In this document: positions 1 to 12,539 of the stretch, piece after piece
How positions within the stretch are numbered: position 1 is the first letter of the stretch
How the letters are laid out: each line of letters starts with the position of its first letter
Origin: Felis catus
Lineage: Eukaryota
Direction of reading: 5' to 3'
Length of the DNA stretch: 64,000 nt
Assembly: GCF_018350175.1 (NCBI RefSeq)
Contig: NC_058368.1
Location: forward strand, 182,654,001-182,718,000
Translations under genes and position numbers: made by a program
The notes under the pieces: generated by a model
Told to the model about the DNA's origin: nothing
What the model saw: only the letters and a program-made list of their open reading frames with translations
The model's database searches: none

Positions 1-243
1 AGTTACAGTCTTGAGTTCAAAAGTTCTTCCTCAGGGGACCTTGATTTTTTTCTCTTAAGACCTTCAACTGATGGGATATGGTCCACCCTCATTATTGAGG
101 CTAATCTCCTTTACACAAACTGTACTGATTTAAATGTTAGTCATATCTAAAGACTACTTTCAAAGAAACATCTAGACTGGTGTTTGACCAAACAACTGGG
201 TACCATAGTGTAGCCAAGTTGACACATAAAATTAACCACCTCA
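1..243 (-). mobile_element. MLT2-type (ERVL) LTR fragment, truncated by the window edge
   Basis: Ends in GCCAAGTTGACACATAAAATTAACCA, the reverse complement of the MLT2 5' terminus. Clearly homologous to the copy at 56090-56557. Confidence 0.8.
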
Positions 244-699
244 TGTCAATTGAATAAGTATGTCAACAGAACTGTGTAATAAAAATCAACTTGGGGCTTA
301 TGGCAATTAAAGAATTTTGCTGAATCCAAACTTTGCCAGTTCTGCTTTGGTCATTGAGCCCTGAAGAATTTCACTTATATCTATTTTTGAAAACTTACGC
401 TGATATGTCCACCTAACAAAATCTTTGAGCACCCCTAGATTTAAAGAATAATCATGACAATATATTTTGCAAGTGAAGATTTCCTTTAAAACAATTCTTT
501 GGAAATAAAGTCATCAACTCCCTGCCCTGAGACTTCCAAGAGAAATGCTCTAACGTCTTGTTGCCTAATTTTGAATATAGATTTTCTTTGCATGGTAGGA
601 AAATCAATGATTAAAAAGAAAGATTTGAAGGTACTACTGAAATCTTGAAGTAGTTTCCTGGAAAATGACACAGTCACAGTGGGTGTAGATTCTCCTCCC

Positions 700-905
700 A
701 CAGACCTGACTTTGCTTGTATGAGTTGTGTTGTCTTGGGCAAATCACTTTGTTTCTCTTAGCATAACAATTCTCATTTGTAGAAAGAAATCACTTAAGTA
801 TCTATCTCACTGGGTATTGTAAGGACTAAATGAGATTATATAGCGAAAGAGTTTAGTACAGTACCTCGAACAAAGTAAGTGCCCAGTAAGTATCAAATAC
901 TAATA
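700..905 (+). mobile_element. MIR SINE
   Basis: MIR core-like TCTTGGGCAAATCACTT...CTCATTTGTAGAA...GGACTAAATGAGAT. Confidence 0.7.
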
Positions 906-919
906 AAAAATACAGAAAG

Positions 920-970
920 CAATACTACACTGTATGTTAACTAACTTGAATTTAAATAAACTTTAAAAAT
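920..970 (+). mobile_element. Carnivore L1 extreme 3' end
   Basis: ACACTGTATGTTAACTAACTTGAATTTAAATAAA followed by an A-rich tail. Confidence 0.6.
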
Positions 971-1089
971 ACAAATTAATGATATAGGTAAGTAGCTCTC
1001 AGGAGTACTATCTGTTGAAGTTCTGCAATTAAAAGCTTTTATGAGAATCTGACAAACAGATATATCAAGGGTATACACATCTTTTTCAT

Positions 1090-1900
1090 TATTTCATCCA
1101 CTCAAAATTGTTACAGAGTTCTAGGCACTGTCCTTGATCCAAGGAAATTCATGAATAAAAAAAGACATGTTAACTTTCATGAGCTTACAGTTTAGTGAGT
1201 AAAAAATAATAAATACATGTGAGTATGTGAGTACATATTGTGATAAGTGCTATTTAAAAACTAGCGGATGGAAGCAGTCCCACTTAGACTGGGTGGTACC
1301 AATAAAGGTACAGAATAAGCAAGGACCTTGCCATATAGGACCTCACATGCAGTGAGAAAAACTATGGATTTTCCATTAAGTACAAAATAAAGCCATTTTA
1401 TGATTTTAGACAGGGTAATAACATTATCCAATTTATATTTTTAAAGATTTCTTTGGTTTCTGCATATGAAAAAGCTTCCTAGGAGGGACAAGAAACTAGG
1501 AAAACCAGTAAGGGAAGGGAGATACAGTAAAAAACAGAAAACATGTGTAGAAAAATGGAGATGAGGAGAAATGAATTGATTTGAGAAATGTTTCTAAGTC
1601 ATAAATCATAAGAGTGTTGACAAATTAGATACAGGGGTGGGGGCAGTTAAGACAAAAGAACATGAAGAATGATTCTAGTTGTCTCCTGACAATTGGAGAG
1701 ATGTTCATGACAAACAGACATAAATAAGACTGAGAATAAAACTGTTTCTTCTTTTTGGAAGGTTTAGTAATTAAGAGCTTTTGAAGACATATCAATTTTG
1801 AGTGATAAGACAGCCGAGTAGAAACACAAAGCAGATAGACATCTAAAGCACAAGGGAGAAGCTTATAAGTAGAATTTCTAATTCCTCAGTATATACTTGA
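1090..1900 (-). mobile_element. L2 LINE 3' region, degraded
   Basis: Motifs resembling the antisense L2 3' end (CTAGGCACTGT, GAGCTTACAGTTTAGT, GATAAGTGCTAT). Confidence 0.55.
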
Positions 1901-1956
1901 TACATAAGGTTGGAGAAGCTAGAGAAAAAAGAAAGAAAAAAAGTAAAGGCATGGGG

Positions 1957-2650
1957 TGTATTAGTTTCTTAACGTTCTCATAACCAATCACTGCAAATTG
2001 AGTGGCTTGAAATAGGCATTTATTCTCTTACAATTTCAGGGGACAAAAGGCAAAAGTGAAGCTGTTGCCAGGGTCATCCTCTCACTCAAGTCTCCAGAGA
2101 CAGGTCATTCTTTGCCTCTTCTAGCTTCTGGTGGCTCCTGGCATTCATTGGCCTGTGGCCAATCTCTGCCTCTGTCCTCACAGGGTCTTTTTCTCTCTGT
2201 CTTAAATCTCCCTCTCCATTGTCTTACAAAAACAATAGTCATTAAATTTAGCATCCATCCTATTTCCAGGACAATACCAACATAAAATTCTTGTTTAAAA
2301 AAAATAAGTTTATTCATTATTTTAGAAAGAGGCAGAGGCAGAGAGAGACAGAGAGAGAAAGTGGGGAGGGGCAGAGAGAGAGGGAGATAGAGAGAGGGTT
2401 CCAAGCCTCTTCATGCTGTCAGAAAAAAAAGCCTGACATGGAGCTTGAAGCCAGGAGCCATAAAATCATGACCTGAGCCAAAATCAAGAGTCAGATGGTC
2501 AGCCGACTGAGCCACACAGGCAGCCCCTAACCTGAAACTCTTAACTTAATTACATCTGCTAAGACCTTATTTCCAAATAGGTCATATTCACAAGTATAAC
2601 ATGTTAGGCTTTGGACATACCATGTTGGTGGCACTGTTCAGCCCACCACA
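1957..2650 (-). mobile_element. MLT1 (MaLR) LTR interrupted by a Can-SINE
   Basis: Termini TGTATTAGTTTC...CAGCCCACCACA and internal CTAGCTTCTGGTGGCTCCTGGCA typical of MLT1. Confidence 0.8.
2296..2527 (-). mobile_element. Can-SINE
   Basis: Antisense tRNA-like head (ACTGAGCCACACAGG), (AG)n tract and T-rich tail. Confidence 0.9.
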
Positions 2651-3624
2651 TGGGGTTACGCCATGGGAATTCTAGAACTAAAAATCTGGGTAGAGAAGGA
2701 GGAGACTGCAAAAGACATTAAGATGTTGCTTTCATAGGAGAGGAAAATGAGGAGAGGGGTGCCCCAAGGCCAAGATGGGCAAGTATGTCAAGAAGGCGAA
2801 TGTGGCCAAACTGAGTGGAACACTGTTTTGTAATAAATAGTAATTAAGAAATCCACGCAAACACACAGTGTAGTGCCTTTTAAGTACTCAAGTACTGATG
2901 TTGTTTTCATTCCTATTGAACAGAAAGGCCCTAATTGTCTAGAAAAGCATTTTAACCCAGCATTGAAAATTATTCTAGTGGAACTGTCCTGTTATTTGGT
3001 TAAGTGATGAATGTTTAAAGGAACTTAAAAAAATGGTCATACTGAATAATGTAATTTTTATCATCTGCACAGAAAAAAATAGAGAACTTAATTGAAAGTC
3101 CATTTTAGGATACTCTCAATTAATATTTTAGCTTGCTTAAATTTACAATGTGTTTTTTTTTTTTTCAAATAGGTCAAATAATGCCTTGATGTGTTAGTAG
3201 AAACTTTCTGCATTGGTAAATGGAACCTGGATTTTGAAGAATAATTTAAGGAATTACAATTTAAATTATTTTTTAAAAATGTTTCCAGCATATATGAAAC
3301 ATATTAAAATACACAAATATTGAAATATATTTCAGTTTCAAGGATTTTGCCTCCTATTGGGGTCATTTCAAATCTTGATTCTGTGCACAGGATTTCAAAC
3401 TCATTCTGTGTTGCTAAAATTCTTAGGAATGTCTTAAGAGCTTATACAGATAGGATATCAGAATATTAAACAAATTAGCACTAAATATATTAAAATAGCC
3501 TAGAACTCCCTTGAACTAATTCTATTTCCAATACTTCAAACTTGATATTAACATACATTCATTTATTAAGTCACTTATACAATTTAGGCATATTTAGGCA
3601 AAGGCAATGAATGAAGTTCCTAAA

Positions 3625-3701
3625 GGAGAGCCTTAGAAGTAGGATGGATGTATATATATATATATATGGATGGATGGAGAGCCTAAGAAGTAGGATGGAT
3701 G
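3625..3701. repeat. 26-bp direct repeat flanking a (TA)n/(GGAT)n spacer
   Basis: GGAGAGCCTWAGAAGTAGGATGGATG at 3625-3650 and 3676-3701, 25/26 identical. Confidence 0.9.
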
Positions 3702-4539
3702 GAGAAAAGAAATGAGAAGGGGAGGGGAGTGGAAGGGAGGGAAGGAGATGATTCACAGGTGGTGGTAGTTTCCATAATTTTTGGATCATGCATATCAGGA
3801 GTATTTTGTGCATGCAGCAAATATTTTCTGTATTTATTTTAAAATATACAGAGAAACTTCCAAAATATAATCTTTAAAAGATAAGGTGAAAAATTAATAG
3901 AAAAGTAAAGTTCATTTATTAGCACATTTGAGCCACATTCACCTAACTTTTGAGAAAAATTAACTTTGAGGCATTAGAGGAGCCGTTGGCCTAGGAGAGT
4001 AGTTAAGATGGAGGGCTTGAAAGCCAGGGGACGTAAAATTCAAATTATGGCTGTGTCTACCAGTTAGTCTGTGAATATTAGACAGATGTAAAATTATCAG
4101 AGATTGTTCAATAACCTGCTTCTGTAAACCGAATTCACTCCCACATCTTCTGACATACAGCATAACACTAAGAGTAGTCATTTCACTAGAATGTATATCC
4201 AGGTTAGGACAGGATTTCCCTCCATAAAAGATGGAAGTACACATGCTTGCAGGATGATAAAATCATCCCAATTTGTTTGGTATTGACTCAGTTTATCACT
4301 GAATGTCCTGCATCCACTTTCTTAACCTGTTCCAGGTAGAACAAGATGGTTGGTCAGTAACCATATAACAGGGAAAACAATAGCTAAAATGCTAACACAG
4401 TGTGCTAGAGTACTTAGAATTCCTTTAGATGGGTTTTAAAAATGAATTTAAGCTCTTCATTTTATGGTCATTAAATGTAAGGTAATGTATGAGAAAATGA
4501 GAAATTATAGGGTAAATTAAATCCTTGTTACTTAATGTT

Positions 4540-5140
4540 AATGTGTGTTTTCAGACACAGTATCAACATCAATGGGAAGCTTGATAGAAATGCAACATCT
4601 TAGACCCTAACTGAGACTTAGTAGAATGGGATCTAATTTTAATAACATACCCTGGGTATTCCAAAGTTTGGGGAAGCACTGATCTAGACTAGCAAGGGAC
4701 TGTCCCTGATTAATTTCTGTACTTAACCCAATTCTGGTAATGCATTAAAATCACCTGTAGCTTTTCTATCAGGCCTCACCTAAGGCTTTGGAGGGTCATC
4801 TTGGTGTTTTAAGAACTCCATGAGTGTTTCTGATTTAAAATAAAAGTTGAGATCTCTAATTGTGAACAAATAGGTGATTATTTCCTTTAACCCAGTCACC
4901 TTCTTAGACTTCTCTACCATATACTGGTATTATTTCAATTTATTTCAATTTCAATGAATTAAACTAGAAGTTCTTATACTGCAGTGTTAGATTATTGTGG
5001 GAGGTTTGCTAAAGCACAGAGCACTGAGCTCCACCTCTATGGCTGCTGACTCATGGGACTGAATTTGTATTTCTAATAAGTTCCCTGGCAATGCTAATTT
5101 TTCTGGTCCAGAGATCATGCTTTGAGAAGTAATGACTAGG
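4540..5140. mobile_element. Cluster of about three MER5-like hAT-Charlie MITEs
   Basis: Recurrent MER5 motifs: AGAAATGCA, TTTTAATAA, AAAGTTTG...GCACTG, TTTCTAATAAGTTCCC, TTTGAGAA. Confidence 0.6.
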
Positions 5141-5276
5141 TAACCCGGCTGTGAACTTAAAGGATCTAGGTTTAAACTGTAGTATTCCCATCAAGTAGTT
5201 CTGTGGCCTTTGGAGAGTTGCCTTACTTCTTCCAGTTTTGTTTCTGCACCTGTAACATGGGAATAATTTCAGTGTG

Positions 5277-5279
<3 letters not shown>

Positions 5280-5324
<45 letters not shown>
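5280..5324. repeat. (TA)n microsatellite inside a MIR (about 5150-5390)
   Basis: About 22 perfect TA units. Confidence 0.95.
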
Positions 5325-5328
<4 letters not shown>

Positions 5329-5488
5329 TAATTCATATAAAGAATAGCAACTGGCATTTAGTAATGTTATGAAGAATTTGTCACTTTTATTGTTCAAAAT
5401 CAAAGAATACTGAATACTTAATGTTATACACTTTGACCACTGAATAAGCCTATTCCTATGACACTAGGCCTAAGACTTGTACTTTAAA

Positions 5489-5696
5489 TTTTTTTAATGT
5501 TTTTATTTTATTTTTGAGAGACAGAGACACACAGTAAGAGCAGGGCAGAGGCAGAGAGAGATGGAGACAGAATCTGAAGCTGGCTTCAGGCTCTGAGCTG
5601 TCAGTGCAGAGCCAGACATGTGGCTTGAACTCAGACTGCAAGATCATGACCTGAGGCGAAGTTGGATGCCCAACCAACTGAACCACCCAGGCGCCC
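5489..5696 (-). mobile_element. Can-SINE with TSD
   Basis: TSD TAAGACTTGTACTTTAAA at 5471-5488 and 5699-5716. Confidence 0.95.
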
Positions 5697-5734
5697 TGTA
5701 AGACTTGTACTTTAAAAACAAGATTCGAAGACCA

Positions 5735-5937
5735 GTGCCTGGGTGGCTCAGTATGTTAGTCTTCTGGTTCTTGGTTTTGGCTCAGGTCATATCTCACGGT
5801 TTGTGAGTTCAAGCCCTACATCAGGCTCCATGCTGGCAGTTCAGAGACTGCGTGGGATTCCCTCTCTCCCTCTCTTTCTTCTCCCGCTCACGTGTGCATG
5901 CTCCCTCATTCTCAAAATAAATAAACTTAAAAAAAAA
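5735..5937 (+). mobile_element. Can-SINE with TSD
   Basis: Head GTGCCTGGGTGGCTCAG; TSD AAGATTCGAAGACCA at 5720-5734 and 5938-5952. Confidence 0.95.
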
Positions 5938-6599
5938 AAGATTCGAAGACCAATTAGAGATGACAAAAAAACTACCCTTAGCTTCTTTTATTTTCTGTAG
6001 ACTCAAGGCTCATTAGTTTATTAAAGGGCCTGAGAAGTGATGCAGTATAAAAACCTGTTTAGTTTAATATTTTCCAGATTTAAATACTCAGAAATTAATG
6101 CTATTTGGAATGTGCTTTGAAAAACTTTGCCTTAAACAGTTAACTTTTTTTTTTAAATGAAATGCTGTGCATTGATATATCAACTCCAGAAAATACTCCC
6201 ACAAACTAATCAGTATTTCACTGTAAAGGCAGTGTTCTATCTGATAAGCAATCTTTTGAGGATGGATGAAAGAATGTCACACAACTGAAGTGGGGTTAAA
6301 AACAATGGACAGAAGACAATGTTCTATTTCTGTACACAAGACTAAGTGAAAAATGCTCTAACCAGATTTCTTGTAAAGTCCAGATAATGGTGCTATAACT
6401 CATTGTCTGAAGTTTGATAAACTATAGAAATGATTCCCAAGACCTTAAGCCTCGAATATATTATAAATACATCTCCAATCGATTGTTCAGACTATTTTTA
6501 TTAGATTTTGAGGAATCAAAGGGCTTAGAGATAACCTCTTATTTATGGTTTATTAATAAATAACTTCATTCAGAATACCAACTTGCTTACTTATTAGGT

Positions 6600-7675
6600 G
6601 AACTCACTCAGATTCTTGGCTTTAAACCCATCTATAGACTGATGATGCATCGATTTACAAAACTAGCCTTGACTTGTTCTTTGAACTCAATTCATATATC
6701 TGGCCACTGATTTTATATCTCTACTTGGAAGTCTAATAGAATTTCAAATTTAAGTTTTCCAAACTTGAAATCCTAGTTCTTATGAACCTTGCCACTCCCA
6801 TGCTCCCCAAATCCATTTCTTTCACAGTCTTTTCCAACTTAGTGAATAGCAAGTCCATCTTACCACTTTCTTGGGCCAAAAGCCTTGGTATCATTCTCTA
6901 TTCTTCCTTCTCTCACCTCATATTCAATGTGTCATCATCAGATAGATCTTTTATACATATACCCAGAATCACCCTTCATATAAGTATTCTCATTGCTACC
7001 AGCTAGCTGAAAAAACACCTGTAGCTATTGCCTAGAATGATATATTTATATCCTTACTGGTCTCACTGCTTTCTATCCTGGGAATCCAACAATCTAGTCT
7101 CATAGAACAGGCAGAAAAATTCTTTTAAAAGGCAAATAGGATCACAAATTTCCTTGGTAGATACTTTAAAACAGTTTAAAACCCTCCCACCTCACTCCGA
7201 GTAGAACCCAAATGTTTGTAATAACCTCTAAGGTACTTCATGTTCTGGCCCCCTCCTACCTCTCACATCAGTCCTACCATTTTCTTGAATACTCACTGTG
7301 CCTACTGCTCTCTGTATTCCTCCTGAAATACATCAAGTATATTTCCATTTCAATGACTCTGCATGTCCCATTCCAGTGCCTAAAACATTCCTTCCCCAGG
7401 TAGGATGTATACGCGTCACTCCTGAACTTTGCTTAGGTCTTTGCCCAATACTATCAAGCAAGGCTTCCATCATTATGCGTTCTGAGCTAAAATCACTTCC
7501 ACTACCTGTCCTTAACCCTCATAGCTGTGAGCACTGTCTGATATATACATTTATATGGTTATCTATCCACCCCACCCCCACAGAAGGCAATCTCTATAAC
7601 TATTTGTTCTCTCTACTCCATGATCCAAAGCATACAGTAGACATCAATAAATATTTGTTGAATGAATGGATGGAG
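6600..7675 (+). mobile_element. L2 LINE 3' kilobase
   Basis: Pyrimidine-rich L2 body ending in CAATAAATATTTGTTGAATGAATGG. Confidence 0.8.
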
Positions 7676-9949
7676 TATCTAATTTATTCATGCCTCTAGG
7701 TCAAATGCTCACCTATACTTCAATTTAAATTTTTACCAAATCATCATCTACCATAAAAGACATATTACTGTGATATAAGACTGCTGTAAGCTAAGTACTC
7801 CCACTAGATTACCAGAGATCTCAATGCAATTGAAACCTTCCTAGTTCTTACTCTACTATCCAACATGCTCTTCTTTGAAGCTAGAAATTGACAAAACTCC
7901 TTTTTCTTACATTTTCTCTGTTCATGTCATGGGATGGGAAAAAGTAATGATATTTCCTGAGATGAACGTTCTGGTTAGGACACTAATGTCTTGCTTTTTT
8001 TTTTTTTCTTTAATTCCTTGTAGAACCTTTGACATTGTGCTCAATTTTGTAACCAGGGATCTAATTATACACTGATGAGGACAGCCAAAAACAAAATCCC
8101 AAAGAATAAGAACAAAATTGCATGTTCCTATAATAATAATTATTAAAAACCACTGTTACTATATATTGCAATAATTCATATGAAACTACTTTGCATATTT
8201 ATTGAGTTCAGCTCTCTTTTACTTGAAGCTTCTCAAAAGGTGGATGGTTTAAAATCTTGATATATGATTAAAGAGGAGGGAAACTGTATGAGCTGAAGCT
8301 AAAAATAGGCAAATCTTGTTTTATTCTGACATTTCAGCCAGCAGTTCCAGCTCTCTTCTGGGAAAACAAGTATCAAATAGGAGGACAGTGGCTCTGGTCC
8401 TTGTTTATAATCTACAGGGAACTGCTGATGGTTGGCAACACTTGAACAATTGAAAAAGCCCGACCTCTATGTTCTAAAAACATTTCAGTGAATATGTAAA
8501 AGTCTCCATGAGGACTCCAGTGTTTGGAAACATAATGGTAAATTTTGATTGAGGCTCAGTATTGATTAACCTCTTTAAAGTCCTGGCAGTAACATTTCTG
8601 CCATTAAGCAGTTTGTCCATGCACTTAATACGGGGAGAACCGAACACCAGAGGTCAAGGGCTTAATAAGAAAAATCCCCTTTGTCTTTTTCACATTCCAC
8701 CTTCCGCAGAATATACTTTCTGTAGTGTTCATACAAGGGGCTATCAAAAATGCATATAAGGTCCAGGAGCAACAGGAAGTCCTCGAAAAGAATCCTGAAA
8801 GAAGAGACAAGAGACCAAATTTCCTTTTTTCCCTCTTCTAACGTTTACCTGCTGCTTCATAAATCACTTGAGCGCTCGGTGATTTCATTTCTTATCTGTA
8901 TAATGTGAAAGATTAAGTCTGTATCCTACCTCTCAAAGATATTTGCTAAGAACGACAAAGTTAGCATTGCCTCATGGCTTGAGATAGTCTAAAATAGACA
9001 TTTCAGCTGTGACCTTGGCAAAAAGACAGTTCATTCCCACATCTTGTATTCCCCAGCTCAAAACAGGTAACATGAGAAGTTCCCATCTCCCGCCCCTACT
9101 TATGTAAAAATAAAAAGACACCAATCTTCCAACTTTGCAGTAGAGACAGTGATAAGAGAGCAAAAAGTGGAAAAAATGTTTTTTTTTTACTATCTTACTA
9201 GAATCACAGATTTTAGTAAGAAGTGACTTCAGCAAGTTGTTTTTAGAATTCCCATTTATATTTGAAGCAATCAAACCCAAAGGAGTTAAATATTCCACCT
9301 AAGATTACAATATAATTATTAGAAATAAAATTCCACAGTTAATGCAGAGTTATTTCTACTTCACTTCTTTCATCATGTTTCTGTATAACTTTTTTCTTAT
9401 GGTCTGATCTTGCATTTATTGTCCCCCTCCCCTTTATTACCTTCATCTATAGTCAAATCTAACATGAAACCACTGTAAATAAATGTATAAACTTTGATAA
9501 ACTTTGGCCAAAGGTAATCCAAGTCTTAAACTTATAAATCTCATCTTCAAATGTCAATATCCCATATCTTTATTTTGCTACTTATAATCAAGCAAGTTTT
9601 TAGCCCTAAACTTAGATAAAACTGTTCAAGAAATAAATTATATTAATAATCTCTCAAATACCAACAGTAACAGAGAAAATATGTAGGATACTTTTGGGAG
9701 AAGGTAGGAACTGAGATAAATGTGAGCACAGGAAACTCTGAGGATTGTGATCATGGTCTGCATGTTAATGAAGACACTTTCTACATAGGTATGTTCACTT
9801 TTTAAAATCTTATCATTTTAGAACTTTTCTGTATATATGTTACTTATAAAATATTTTTAAATTTATATAATAGTCTCTTCTTAAATTTTAAGATTTGAAA
9901 TGAGAGAGTGCAAGGAATATAGTTTTCTCCAAAAGCAGTTGGGTTTTTT

Positions 9950-9996
<47 letters not shown>
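9950..9996. repeat. (TG)n microsatellite
   Basis: Read directly; one interruption. Confidence 0.95.
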
Positions 9997-9998
<2 letters not shown>

Positions 9999-10226
9999 TT
10001 GTGTAATTAATACTCATGAAAGTCCATCTATTTAAATTTTGCAAACTGCATTTTTAGGGTTTTTTAACTTTGGGGAGTAAGCTATTTTAAATCGACTGAA
10101 AAGAGCAGAATATTCATCTCCAAGTGATCTTCCTTGGATAAAACATAGATAAAGTATCAGAGGCATTTTGTCTGGGGATAGCACCTGAGACAGCATTTTC
10201 TCTCCCTTGTTGGCAGAGGTAGAAAA

Positions 10227-10472
10227 GCTTCAGACTGCCCTAAGGGGATAAATTCACTGGTTGCTAATCAGGACGGGTTTTGTGTGATATGGACATCTGT
10301 CTAACAAGAGCTAAATGAAGACTGCCATGTCTTTGACAAGCAGGAGACAACTCAACAGCCTTTAAATAGTAATGATTTCTGTCAAGTTGACCTACCACAA
10401 ACAGATGGCAAGAACTGACTTAGAGTTGAAAGGTTCCATTGCCCACCCTTAATCCCCTAAACTATCTGGTCC
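10227..10472 (-). mobile_element. LF-SINE (LFSINE_Vert)-like ancient SINE, 5' half
   Basis: Minus-strand blocks collinear with the LF-SINE consensus as I recall it: GGACCAGATAGTTTAGGGGATT; ATGGAACCTTTCAACTCTAAGTCAGT (22/26); TCATTACTATTTAAAGGCTGTT; GACAGATGTCCATATCACA (17/19); GGCAGTCT. Confidence 0.75.
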
Positions 10473-12539
10473 TTTCCTCCTCTTTTGACAAATATGATGT
10501 ATCATTCTTTATTGATGCAAGACAGTACATAGGGTCATTTTATTTAAATCTGTGGTGATCCAGGTGAGCAAGTGTTGAGAAGTTACTTCAGATACATTCA
10601 AGCTAAGGGATTAAATTTACACTACAAAATATCTTTTTAATCCCATATCAAATAGGCAACACATGGGGAAAAAAATAGGAGTATCATGAAGAAAAAAACA
10701 TACTGCTAAAGCCAGAGAATGTTTACAAGCAATTCCCAAATCTAGAGATCATTTAGTTTTCTTGAATACATGAATATTTTATAAACTGGTAATATAAGGG
10801 CTTTCTACCCTTAAATATCTGTCCAAAATGTTTTATGTCATCTGTTGGTAAATGATTTTAACATTCACTTTTCACCTGATATATCTTCCCGCTCATACAA
10901 TTCATTTCAGAGGCATAACTTGTTTTCTTTGCTAAGATTTCATTTCCTCCCATCTCAGAATTTGATGAAATCTATTTCTTAGTTCCTCGTCTCCCAGTGA
11001 AAGCTGACAACAAGTATCAGACCAAATGTAGCTGTCCCATATGAAGTAATTTATTTCTGTCAAATATTAGACATTATTTTTTTCTTGACATAAGATGACT
11101 GATATTGTTCTGTGAGATCCCAGAGGTGCAACTTAACCACTTAAGGACTGAGACTCATTTAAAAAAAAATGTATTCCATTCAGAGGATTAGGTTTTGATT
11201 GGGGGAGTTAGAAAGAAAGCAGAAAGACTCAGGAAGAGGGGTAACAGCAAGAGTTGAAAAATAATCACTTACAATTAATACCATCTTAGGTCAAAAGCAG
11301 CTATAGGGTAGTGCTGGCATTAAAAGAAGTTTCAATTATTTGTCCATTCTGTATTGTGCCCAAGACATGGCTGTCCTCAGAATGTGCATTTAGCATCTCT
11401 ATCAACAAGAAGGCAGGTATCATTTTGGTGCACCCAAAGTAATATAAAAAATTATTAATCTTTAACAATACACTGAAGTTGATGGACAGTGCTTTAATGC
11501 AAAAGCAGATTTCAAAGAGAGGAAACTCAAGTAGGGCAAGGCCACCTAGAAGTTGGCAGGTGCTCTTTTCTATTTATTTTACAGCATTTTAGCAAGCTTT
11601 ATTAGGTGGAAGGAAATGGGATTCCTTAAAGCTACTAGCTGCTTCCTCTCACCTACTCAGGTCATTGTAGGAGATGCGAAGGGGAAGTCCAGTAAATTGG
11701 CCACTGTATCTACCTTCCTAACTTGACCACAATAGTTCAGCTTGACTCTATTTTTTAGGGGGGACTTCATTATAATATGTAATTTAAAGAAGTCCTACTA
11801 TCAAAAGAAAACAAGTAGGCAGATATCTGGGAAAAATACCAAAAATCAAAAATCTTGGAAATAGCACTCCATTACATAATAGTTGTGCAAACTGATGGAG
11901 TCAGCTATTAGATGACATTGGACCTTTTTTTCATGGTTACTAACAAGCCAGTTTCTTCATGTTTCAAATGATAATAATAAATATAGCCTCTTCCTTGATC
12001 CCTGTAACAATGGATTTGCAAATCAAATTAGACTATAGGCATAGAGTACTTTGGAAAATAAAGAGGTGGTAACCAGTAATGATGAGTCCTTTGTCAGAGA
12101 GATCTCAGGCAGCTTCATGCTTTCTGCTTAGCCGTTAAGTCCCACATTTTCCATAGATGGTAAAAAAGAATAGGATTATTCTAGATGTAGAATGGTCATT
12201 TTGATTTTTTTTTTTTTTTTTTTTTTGCTACTAAGTATAGCATTGTATGGGGGCATGAAATGATATCCTGATTACTGGTTTAAACTGTGAATAGGCCATG
12301 TAGGGGTACTAGGGAAAAATAATCTAACTGAGGGCCCACTATGTTCAGATACTGTATTACACACTTGCATAGATTATTTCATTTAATCTTCTGAAGAAAT
12401 GAGAGAAGGCTAAGACAGACAAAGCTAAGGCTAGATAACTGAGGTTCTTTAGGAACACAGTGAAAAGGAATCAAATACTGGTATCTAAATTCAAATCCAA
12501 GTATGATTTCTAACTTCCTAGATGGCCAGAGTGTCTACA

